DNA of 64,000 nt from an uncultured delta proteobacterium (GTDB taxonomy: Bacteria; Desulfobacterota; Syntrophia; Syntrophales; UBA2192): positions 32,001 through 96,000 of the forward strand of contig CAVPJD010000008.1 of the NCBI GenBank assembly GCA_963705165.1, given 5' to 3'. The notes below the pieces were generated by a model. It saw nothing but the letters and a program-made list of their open reading frames with translations. It was not told where the DNA came from and made no database searches. Both the position numbers and the translations under genes were made by a program. Of the stretch, positions 56,000 through 64,000 are shown piece after piece; positions within the stretch are counted from its first letter, which is position 1, and each line of letters starts with the position of its first letter.

Positions 56000-56068
56000 T
56001 ACGACGAAAGTCGTAGATCAAAATCAGACCGGCGTCGTATTTCACAGGACGCCGCGCCGTGGTAGTCT
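56000..56068 (+). promoter_or_regulatory. Tandem 6-4-6 inverted-repeat boxes followed by an extended -10 promoter
   Basis: TACGAC-GAAA-GTCGTA (56000-15), TCAGAC-CGGC-GTCGTA (56024-39), TTCACA, TGG-TAGTCT. Confidence 0.55.
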
Positions 56069-56120
56069 TTCCGTCATCCGGCGAACAGCATCCACGCTCA
56101 TCGGCGGCAAGGAGGAGACT

Positions 56121-58064
56121 ATGACAAAGCGGCGTTGCGTCCTGTCCGTACTGACGACGGCTCTGCTTCTGGCGGGTTTGAACTTCCTTCCGTCACCTGT
56201 GCTGCCGGGATTTGCAGGGGCCGACACGGCGATCGCCGCAAGCCTCTACCCAAACCCGGCAAAGCCCGCCAACCGCTGGCGCCTGGTGTGGAGCGACGAG
56301 TTCAACGGCCCCCCCTGCGATCCCGCAAACCCCTCGAGGTGCAGCGCGAAAGACTGGCAGAAGACGGTGCAGTGCTACGGCACACCGGATACACCCGTCA
56401 GCACCGTTACCCCCTTTGCCTTCCACGTCAACCCCGACGACCCGAGGCAGTGGACGACACAATATCACCCGCACCTGGCAAACCTCGACAAGTGCACCTG
56501 GCTCGTCTCGGATCATGTCAACAAGATCCACTTCCAGGGCCCCGCCGGCCCCATCACCCGCTACAGCCCCAAGAGCGTCACCGTCTCCAACGGCGAGATG
56601 AGAATCACCACCCGCCGCACCCGTCCGAAAACCATCGATTGCGGCCGCGTGATCGCCCCGAACGGCCCCAACAACGAGGCCAACCTGACGAAGGCCTGCC
56701 CCTACGAGGCCGGAAACGTCTTCTCCTACGGTATGCACGGCCTGGCAGCCGTCAACGGCACACAGGGAACCCAGCCCGGCGACGGCCACGTGTTCCGCGA
56801 GGGCGGGCGCATCCAGGTCCGGGCACGCATCCCCGCAACGCAGGGCAACATGACCGCCCTCTGGACCTGGCAGCAGGACTGGCGCACCCACGAGCGCGAA
56901 TACGACCTCCTGGAGAACTGGGTCAACTGGCCCGCCATGAGCGCCCACTCGCTCCAGGGCCCCGGCACCTTCGCCCGGCACGTCTTGAGCGACGAGTTCA
57001 AGTACTCCCTCTCGAAGGAGTTCCACACCTACTCCATGGAGTGGAAGAAGGACGACTCCTTCAGCTACTACCTCGACAACCGTCACCTGGTGACGTGGAA
57101 GGACAGCACCCGGCCCGACGGCCAGCGGGTGATGCTGGACGGCCAGTGCGTCGAGAACCGCATCTTCGGCAACCCCTTCTACATGATTTTCTGGAACCTG
57201 ATCGCGGAGTACGACTGGGCGAAGGAGGCGGCCCCGCTGGCCGAGGGCCAGCGCCCCGACACGCTCTACATCGACTACATCCGCTACTTCGAGCCCTGCA
57301 CCGACGAGGCCGACCCGGCCTGCGTCGAGTCGACCCTGAGCACAGGATGCCCGAACCCCTGCGGCGGCTTCGGCTTTTTCGACGGCTACAACTGCTACGT
57401 GGGGAGCCCCCCTGCAGGCCGCACGGCAACGCTTGCCGACGGCCAGTATGCCTACAAGGCCACGTGGAAGTTCTTCAAGTACACCTGCCCCTCCGGCGGC
57501 ACGCTGAAAGGATCGAGCTGCCTGCTGGGCGGCCCGCCCCCGGGGCGGCTGCCCTTCGTGTGGGGCAACGCCTTCTACACGGTTCCCCTCTGCACCACCA
57601 CGGCTCAGGCCAACTGCGCAAACCCCTGCCCGTGGAAGGGAACTTTCTATGACGCAAGCGTCAAGGCCTGCCGTGCCGACGGTGCAACCAGTAACCCGTC
57701 AGGCGTGAAGATGTTCACCATCAAGGGCGTTGCCTACTACGAGCCCCAGCGCTGCCCCTACGGCGGCACCTACGATGCGGCCGCCAACGCCTGCGTGCTC
57801 GTCGATCTCCCGAAGGGCGTCGAGGCCTTCGTCTGGGAATCGGGCCTCTACTACAAGCCGCCCTTCAAGGCGCAGTGCCCCTACGGCGGGTTTTACGACA
57901 CGGTGAACTGCTACCTGCAGGGGATCCCCGACGGGGCGCAACCCTACGCCGTGGCAAACCGGATCCTGACGCCGGCCATGTGCGGCCCCGCGACGGACTG
58001 GCAGAACCTGCAGCGCGCTGCAGGCGAGGTCACGGTGGAGAATGTCTGCGGACCGGTGCAGTAA
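56121..58064 (+). CDS. Secreted GH16-like glycoside hydrolase with Cys-rich C-terminal repeats
   Basis: WRLVWSDEFNG, EYDLLE catalytic motif, FHTYSMEW, IDYIRYF; repeated CPxGG...C units; AGGAGG RBS. Confidence 0.85.
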   Translation: MTKRRCVLSVLTTALLLAGLNFLPSPVLPGFAGADTAIAASLYPNPAKPANRWRLVWSDEFNGPPCDPANPSRCSAKDWQKTVQCYGTPDTPVSTVTPFAFHVNPDDPRQWTTQYHPHLANLDKCTWLVSDHVNKIHFQGPAGPITRYSPKSVTVSNGEMRITTRRTRPKTIDCGRVIAPNGPNNEANLTKACPYEAGNVFSYGMHGLAAVNGTQGTQPGDGHVFREGGRIQVRARIPATQGNMTALWTWQQDWRTHEREYDLLENWVNWPAMSAHSLQGPGTFARHVLSDEFKYSLSKEFHTYSMEWKKDDSFSYYLDNRHLVTWKDSTRPDGQRVMLDGQCVENRIFGNPFYMIFWNLIAEYDWAKEAAPLAEGQRPDTLYIDYIRYFEPCTDEADPACVESTLSTGCPNPCGGFGFFDGYNCYVGSPPAGRTATLADGQYAYKATWKFFKYTCPSGGTLKGSSCLLGGPPPGRLPFVWGNAFYTVPLCTTTAQANCANPCPWKGTFYDASVKACRADGATSNPSGVKMFTIKGVAYYEPQRCPYGGTYDAAANACVLVDLPKGVEAFVWESGLYYKPPFKAQCPYGGFYDTVNCYLQGIPDGAQPYAVANRILTPAMCGPATDWQNLQRAAGEVTVENVCGPVQ

Positions 58065-58138
58065 GGCGCGTCCGGCCCTGAGCGGATGATGATCATCTTC
58101 ACCGCCACGATCGGCGGTTGAAGCACACGGAGGCGCTC

Positions 58139-58735
58139 ATGACCGAAAACTCGATGCTGATCTGGTCCATGGGGATTCTGATTTTTCTCGCACTGTTTTT
58201 GAGACTTGTCGAGGACTACGGTCTCCAGCTCTTCTGGCCGAACCTGTTCCGGACAGGGTTGCCGGTGTATGCGTATCCCCTTCCCCTTACCGTGCCGGAC
58301 CTGCCGCAGGGATCCGTTTTCGAAACGCAGAGCGGCCGGTTCAAGGTCATCACCCCGCGAGAGTGTCTCTTCTACCAGAAATCCATCGCCCAGTTTAACG
58401 ACGGGAGATGGACTCTCAATGGCCGCCTTCTCTGGACAGGGGGCCATGCACTGGCCGAAGGTCAAATTCCGGTCACCGCGATCCTTTCTCGGATTGGATG
58501 GATGATCTTTATAGGCGTCGGGCTGGCTGTATCGTTGGCGCTCCCGCTTCGCAACTGGACGATCGGCGTCGCCGTTGCACTGCTCGTGCTCGCAATCTTG
58601 TCTTTCATCTTCTACCGGAGGGCGTTGGCAATGAAAGATACGGCTCATCGGATCCTCGTTGAGTACGAAGTATATATGGCGGACAGGCGCGACGGGAATC
58701 AGACGCACTCCCCGACGCCGGAAGCGCCGCGATGA
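58139..58735 (+). CDS. Hypothetical membrane protein
   Basis: GGAGG RBS; N-terminal TM plus C-terminal TM hairpin. Confidence 0.72.
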   Translation: MTENSMLIWSMGILIFLALFLRLVEDYGLQLFWPNLFRTGLPVYAYPLPLTVPDLPQGSVFETQSGRFKVITPRECLFYQKSIAQFNDGRWTLNGRLLWTGGHALAEGQIPVTAILSRIGWMIFIGVGLAVSLALPLRNWTIGVAVALLVLAILSFIFYRRALAMKDTAHRILVEYEVYMADRRDGNQTHSPTPEAPR

Positions 58736-58856
58736 CAGGACGTGGGGGGCAGCACGGCTTTTGTAACAACCAGAGCATCAAACGGGAAATCGAGAAAACA
58801 GTCACGTTCTGCAGGCAAAAATGATCGGCAGTATTTAATGTGAAAAAATCGGGACA

Positions 58857-58904
58857 CGGCATGCAAAAGGCCGCCCTTGTCATGGGGCGGCCTTCTGCAT
58901 GCTG
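58857..58904. terminator. Long hairpin, probable terminator
   Basis: CGGCATGCA-AAAGGCCGCCC-TTGTCATG-GGGCGGCCTT-C-TGCATGCTG. Confidence 0.55.
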
Positions 58905-58927
58905 TCAGAAAGGAAGATTCTGCGCAT

Positions 58928-58957
58928 TGCAGGCGAGGTCACCGTGGAGAACGTCTG
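58928..58957 (+). repeat. 30-bp direct repeat of the GH16 gene 3' end (58019-58048)
   Basis: 28/30 identity; both differences synonymous. Confidence 0.8.
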
Positions 58958-59076
58958 AGGTGCCGAGCGGCAGCGCCTCTCGCAATAATCCGTCAACGTC
59001 CTCGACAAAAAGCTAAAAAAGGCTTATCAATAGAGATAGACCCTTAAGCAGGAACCGACACGATAACAGGGAAGCC

Positions 59077-60108
59077 ATGAAAATTTCTTTCACCAAACAT
59101 AACGGCCCCATCGACGAGATCATCGAGAAATTGATGGAGACCGCCGAGGGAATCGGGAGGCCGAAATACGTCCGCGAAATGATCCTCGCCTCACTCAAGG
59201 CCGGGCAGGAGGCCGACGAGAGCGCGGACCTCAAGCTCATGAACACCACGCTCAAGGAGATGCGGTTCACGTCCAAGGTCTTCGGCCCCTACCGGAATGT
59301 CCGCAAGGTCACGGTCTTCGGCTCGGCGCGCACCCTGCCGGGCGATCCGGTCTACGAGATGGCATCGCTCTTCGGGAAAAAGCTCGCCGAGACGGGTTAT
59401 ATGGTCATCACCGGCGGAGGGGGAGGCATCATGCAGGCCGTCAACGAGGGAGCCGGCCCCGAGCATTCCTTCGGCGTGAACATCCGCCTGCCCTTCGAGG
59501 AGAAGCCGAATCCCGTGAGCGAGGGGAACCCGCGGTTCATCACGTACAAATATTTTTTCAACCGCAAAGTGGCCTTCCTCAAAGAAGCGGATGCCGTGGC
59601 GCTCTTCCCGGGCGGCTTCGGCACGCTCGACGAGGCGATGGAAACGCTCACCCTGGTGCAAACGGGCAAACGCAATCCCATGCCGCTTGTGCTCGTGGAC
59701 GACCCTGACCGTCCCTACTGGCCGCACCTGATCCGGTTCCTCGAGGAAGAACTCCTGGCCCGTGACTATATCTGCCCATCGGACTTTGCGCTCTTTGAGC
59801 GGGTCTGTTCCGTGGATGCCGCAGTGGAGAAGATCCGGCATTTCTATCGCCGCTATCACAGCCTTCGGTATGTGCATGGCCAACTCGTGATCCGGCTCAC
59901 ATCGCCGCTCAGCCCCGATGACATCCGGAATCTGACAGATCAGTTTCATGACATCCTTCTGCCCGGGGGAAGAATCGCTGCGTCCGGGGCTTTGGAAGCG
60001 GAAAGGGAGGATGCGGATGTGATGCATCTTCCGCGGCTCGTGATCGACTTTAACCGCAAGGGCTTCGGCAGGCTCAGGAGTCTCATTGATTCGATCAATG
60101 ATTTTTAG
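59077..60108 (+). CDS. LOG family protein (TIGR00730-like Rossmann fold)
   Basis: VTVFGSART, ITGGGGGIM, KYFFNRK, FPGGFGTLDE. Confidence 0.92.
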   Translation: MKISFTKHNGPIDEIIEKLMETAEGIGRPKYVREMILASLKAGQEADESADLKLMNTTLKEMRFTSKVFGPYRNVRKVTVFGSARTLPGDPVYEMASLFGKKLAETGYMVITGGGGGIMQAVNEGAGPEHSFGVNIRLPFEEKPNPVSEGNPRFITYKYFFNRKVAFLKEADAVALFPGGFGTLDEAMETLTLVQTGKRNPMPLVLVDDPDRPYWPHLIRFLEEELLARDYICPSDFALFERVCSVDAAVEKIRHFYRRYHSLRYVHGQLVIRLTSPLSPDDIRNLTDQFHDILLPGGRIAASGALEAEREDADVMHLPRLVIDFNRKGFGRLRSLIDSINDF

Positions 60109-60218
60109 CCTTCTTTCATTCTCCCGGGAACGGCTGCAGGATCCCGACAGCGTGACAAACGTTGTCTGTTCATCCGGAACCTCTCTTCCGGTTTTCAATC
60201 CATTAACACCGGCGGGCT

Positions 60219-60923
60219 ATGATCGAATTACATGAAGTCACTAAGCGATACGGTTCCCTGACGGCCGTTGACCGGATTTCCTTCTCCGTCGCGAAAGGCG
60301 AGTATTTCTCCCTGCTGGGTCCAAACGGTGCCGGGAAGACGACCATCGTCAAGATGTTGCTCGATTTCACCCGGCCAACCTCAGGGACCTTGTCCGTGAA
60401 CGGGATTTCAAGCAAAGATCCCGCCTGCAGAACCGCCGTGGGCTACCTGGCTGAGAACCCCCGCATACCACCGAACCTTACCGGATGGCAGTATCTTCAC
60501 CGCTGTGCCGAACTGTTGGGAATGCGGCGATCCGAGGCTACGGAACAGAGCGGGAAAATTGTCGAGCTGATTGGCATGAAAGGCAGGGAGCACACGAAGG
60601 CAAGCACTTATTCCAGGGGCATGATTCAACGGTTCGGGCTCGGTGCCGCGCTGACAGGAAATCCGAAGCTGTTGATCCTCGACGAGCCAACCTCCGGTCT
60701 TGATCCCATCGGGATCCGGGAGATACGCCAGCTTCTGGAATCGCTCAAGCATCAAGGGATGACGATCCTGCTCAATTCCCACTTGCTGTCAGAAGTGGAG
60801 AAGATCTGCGATACGGCCGCGATCATCAACAGCGGCAAACTCCTGTTAAAAGATTCGATTTCATCTATCATCCAGGATGGCGAAACGCTGGAAGACGTAT
60901 TCGTCAGACTTGTAAAAGGTTGA
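60219..60923 (+). CDS. ABC transporter ATP-binding protein
   Basis: GPNGAGKTT, YSRGM signature, LILDEPTSGLD, NSH. Confidence 0.95.
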   Translation: MIELHEVTKRYGSLTAVDRISFSVAKGEYFSLLGPNGAGKTTIVKMLLDFTRPTSGTLSVNGISSKDPACRTAVGYLAENPRIPPNLTGWQYLHRCAELLGMRRSEATEQSGKIVELIGMKGREHTKASTYSRGMIQRFGLGAALTGNPKLLILDEPTSGLDPIGIREIRQLLESLKHQGMTILLNSHLLSEVEKICDTAAIINSGKLLLKDSISSIIQDGETLEDVFVRLVKG

Positions 60924-60924
60924 C

Positions 60925-61765
60925 ATGGAGACACCGAAAGCACATTCCATCGTTCTCATCATCGCCAAATACGCGTTTGCAGACGAAGTGCGGCAGAAGA
61001 GCATGATCGTCATGTTCATGATCAGCGCCCTTTTCGTATTTCTTCTTCGAGAATGCTATCAAGGCGATTACATGGTGAACGGGCAGGCGCTCAGCGCCGA
61101 TGCCATTGCCTGGACCCTGTCGAAAGTGATCTTCCATGTCATTGCAGCAGGGGCAATGTTTATTACTGCGTTGCTGACGATGCGGGTATTCAAGCGTGAT
61201 CGAGAGGAGGGGATGCTATCGTCTATTTTGGCCAAACCCATTGACCGATGGCAGTATGTCACGGGCAAAATACTCGGATTGTGGGCATTGTCGGTGCTCT
61301 TCATGTTCATCCTTCACAGTATCGTATTCTTCATCGCATCCCTGAGTATGAAGACCCTGGTGCCCGCATACCTCGTCGCGTCGCTACTCTGTTCTATCAA
61401 TCTCCTTTTCGTTGTTCTGACCGTGTTTCTGCTGTCGCTTATGCTGCCTGACATCGCCGCCTTTCTCTGCGCTGTGGGTATCGGTTTAGCCAGCCTTGCA
61501 GCCAACAGCATCTACTACTTTAAGCCAGAGCCAAATGGGGCAGGCGATGATGCAGCAGTCTGTGGATCGCGCACCATCGGGCTTTACAGGGTGGAAAGCT
61601 GTCTACTATTTATGGCCGAATCTATTCGGAACACAGCAGTCAGCCGCTACTCTGATTGGAAATGACGGGGGGGTTCCTGTATATCCACTCATGAATGTTC
61701 TCTTCTATTGTCTTATCCTGGGAGTCTTGTTGTTCCTCCGCTTCAGGAATGAAGAGATTGTCTAG
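60925..61765 (+). pseudogene. ABC-2 type permease with +1 frameshift at ~61516 (possibly an assembly error)
   Basis: DREEG...LAKPIDRWQYVTGKILG; C-terminus YYLWPNL...LFLRFRNEEI in the next frame. Confidence 0.8.
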
Positions 61766-61861
61766 ATTCATGAATGGTCTTTGCGGGTAATCTAACTTGA
61801 CATGTGTGGGACAACGTCTGGCGGCAGCTCATTCCATATCCCTTTGAAGTTGGAGAAATTG

Positions 61862-62887
61862 ATGAGACAACGAACCCTTTGGGTCTGTTGGATAATTCTT
61901 TTTACACTTTTGACTGCAGGGCAATCTCTGGCATGGGCTCAAGAAAAGCAGAGCCCCCCGAAGAGTGCTGTGGTTGCCGAGATCGGGCGTATCGGAAAGG
62001 CCGCCAGGGGAGCGGTTGGCGTCGCCGCCATCCATCTGGAAACCGGCCGCAGGGTTGTCTTCAATGCAGACGAGTTCTTCCCCATGGCCAGCACGGTAAA
62101 GGTAGCGGTTGCGGCAAAGATCCTCGACATGGTGGACAAGGGGCAGATCAGCCTGACATCGCTTATCCCGGTGGGGCGCACGGAGTTGGCGCCGGAAGGT
62201 CCCCTGGGAGATATTCATTGGCGCCCCGGGCTTTCATTCACGGTTTCCGACCTCCTCGAGCCCATGATCACGAAGAGTGACAATACCTCTACCGATGTTC
62301 TTTATCGGGTAGCCGGGGGACCCGCAGCCGTCCATGCCTACCTGCAAGCCATGAGTCTGGAGGAAATCTATCCGGCCCGAACGATCAGCGAGGTGCTGCG
62401 GGATGTTTTGTCAATCCCTGCTCCTAAGTCGCCGGCGACGTCCCTGGCGGATCAGTTCAGGCGGATGTCGCCCAAACAGGCTTCAGAGCGCCGCGCAAAG
62501 GCCTATAGGGCGAATCCCACCTATGATGCCGACCCGAGAGATCAGGCAACGCCATCTGCAATGCTGGGGCTCTTGTGCAAGATCTGGATGGAGGACGGTG
62601 TCAGCAGATCGACACGATCCACGCTGCTTGCCCTGATGGAGCGCAGCACAACCGGACAGAAACGGATCCGGGGCCGCTTGCCTGCGGGGACTGTCGTTGC
62701 CGACAAGACGGGGACACTCGCGGGTACCGTTAATGACGTTGGCTTCATTACACTGCCCGATGGCAGTGGGCACATAGCCATTGTCGTGTTCGTCAAGGGT
62801 TCGGAAGCGCCCCCCGGTATCCGGGCTACGGTCATTGCAGACATCGCACGGCTCGTGTACGACTACTTCCTTATTTCACCCCGATAA
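61862..62887 (+). CDS. Class A beta-lactamase-fold serine hydrolase (Glu166 absent, enlarged omega loop)
   Basis: Signal peptide; FPMASTVK, SDN, DKTG, NDVG; RTISEVL at Ambler 164-170. Confidence 0.88.
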   Translation: MRQRTLWVCWIILFTLLTAGQSLAWAQEKQSPPKSAVVAEIGRIGKAARGAVGVAAIHLETGRRVVFNADEFFPMASTVKVAVAAKILDMVDKGQISLTSLIPVGRTELAPEGPLGDIHWRPGLSFTVSDLLEPMITKSDNTSTDVLYRVAGGPAAVHAYLQAMSLEEIYPARTISEVLRDVLSIPAPKSPATSLADQFRRMSPKQASERRAKAYRANPTYDADPRDQATPSAMLGLLCKIWMEDGVSRSTRSTLLALMERSTTGQKRIRGRLPAGTVVADKTGTLAGTVNDVGFITLPDGSGHIAIVVFVKGSEAPPGIRATVIADIARLVYDYFLISPR

Positions 62888-63081
62888 AGCCCTGATTGCG
62901 AAGGCCAGGTCTTTAGCAGATACGGCGATCAAGACCAGGCAGTACTTCCTGTAACAAAGAAAACGTCAACATCAATTAAAATGCACGATTTCAACTGACA
63001 ATTATTGACCATGCTTTCGTATTAATTATGACAGTGATGATTTAGCGCTACGGGGCATTTGATGGTGGCTTTCAAATTTTT

Positions 63082-63251
63082 CCATAAATTACGAGGTTCG
63101 CTTTTAGTCCATATTACAATGAAATGCGAAATGCTGGAAACAGTTACTTGGTTGTAATTATAGTAGATTACCATTTTGTAGAGATGGAACATATGCTAGG
63201 TTAATAACCAAATCATCGAAAAAGCGAACTTCGTATATTAAATGGTTATGT
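63082..63251 (+). other. attC-like imperfect inverted repeat ending in GTTATGT
   Basis: TACGAGGTTCGCTTTT (63090-105) / AAAAGCGAACTTCGTA (63220-35), CCAT/ATGG, GTTATGT (6/7 to GTTRRRY) at 63245-51; left RYYYAAC missing. Confidence 0.4.
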
Positions 63252-63274
63252 GTAAAAAATAGTCAGAAGACAAA

Positions 63275-64000
63275 ATGAAATTCGCACTTGTAAATGGTGA
63301 AAAAGAAGAAGCAACTAAAGGAGCAAAGGGGGTGTGCCAAATTTGTGGCTCAGAGCTAATTGCTAGGTGTGGAGAAGTTAAGATTAATCATTGGGCGCAT
63401 AAAGGAAACCGCATCTGTGATCCTTGGTGGGAAAATGAAACTGACTGGCACCGGTCGTGGAAAGGTAAATTTCCGAAAGACTGGCAAGAAAAGCTACATT
63501 TTGACGAAAGCGGCGAAAAGCACATTGCAGATGTAAAAACAAATGACGACTGGTGTATAGAATTCCAGCATTCCTATCTCAATCCAGAAGAACGTCGCGC
63601 TAGAAATGCTTTTTATCGTAAATTAGTTTGGGTTGTTGATGGAACTAGGCGAAAAACTGATAAAAAAATATTTCAAAAAATAATAAGCGAAAGCATTCGA
63701 TTACCTACGCAAATTCCAATTCTACAAGTACATTTTCCTGATGAATGTAGGCTGTTAAAAGAGTGGCATGATAATGACGTGCTAGTACTTTTTGACTTCC
63801 AAGAAACGGAAGATTCTGAGCAATCAATGCTTTGGTTTTTATTTCCTAAAATGCCTTCAGGTGACACCTATATGTCTCCTTTTTCACGACTGAATTTTAT
63901 TGAATTTCATAACAATAATAAATTTGATGAACTAGTTAAAAATACAATTTTACCAATTCACGCAGAATTGAATAAAAGAAAGCGAATTGAACAAGTAAAT
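63275..64000 (+). CDS. CoiA-like protein (Zn-finger plus PD-(D/E)XK nuclease), AT-rich, runs off window
   Basis: Hand translation: MKFALVNGEKEEATKGAKGVCQICGSELIARCGEVKINHWAH...CDPWWENETDWHRSWK...HIADVKT...IEFQHS...VWVVDG. Confidence 0.88.
   Translation, partial: MKFALVNGEKEEATKGAKGVCQICGSELIARCGEVKINHWAHKGNRICDPWWENETDWHRSWKGKFPKDWQEKLHFDESGEKHIADVKTNDDWCIEFQHSYLNPEERRARNAFYRKLVWVVDGTRRKTDKKIFQKIISESIRLPTQIPILQVHFPDECRLLKEWHDNDVLVLFDFQETEDSEQSMLWFLFPKMPSGDTYMSPFSRLNFIEFHNNNKFDELVKNTILPIHAELNKRKRIEQVN

Noticed and set aside
56135..57652. 505-aa alternative-frame ORF
   Set aside because: Arg/Pro-rich off-frame reading of the GH16 gene.
58956..58958. TGA replacing TGC in the repeat copy as Sec
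   Set aside because: Only a 30-bp remnant with no ORF, start or SECIS.
1..64000. rRNA, tRNA, transposase, integrase or prophage genes
   Set aside because: None recognised by eye; tRNAscan, Infernal and ISEScan were not run.

Overview
A GC-rich, gene-dense bacterial window. The gene repertoire (acyl-CoA dehydrogenase, FadD, MaoC, sigma-54-linked hybrid kinase, type IV pilin, a UGA-containing rhodanese) suggests an anaerobic Desulfobacterota/Syntrophales-like organism; this is inference, as no marker gene is present. There are about 58 mostly unlinked housekeeping and accessory genes. The one clear operon is TRAP dctPQM plus 5-oxoprolinase pxpABC. I found no rRNA, tRNA, CRISPR array, transposase or integrase. 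Several genes carry 1-nt indels, mostly in short homopolymers, which look like assembly errors. Best leads: (1) an orphan ParA coupled to a small non-ParB partner with McdB/phasin-like architecture, a candidate cargo-positioning system; (2) a secreted selenocysteine rhodanese missed by the ORF track; (3) a strong promoter with no gene downstream, a candidate sRNA; (4) a multibranched RNA leader before the pilin gene; (5) a LexA with a GAAC-N4-GTTC box inside its own promoter; (6) three adjacent lipolytic lipoproteins; (7) a class A beta-lactamase-fold protein lacking Glu166; (8) an attC-like hairpin before an AT-rich CoiA-like gene; (9) many intergenic 7/8-mer tandem repeats, often arranged as inverted arms.
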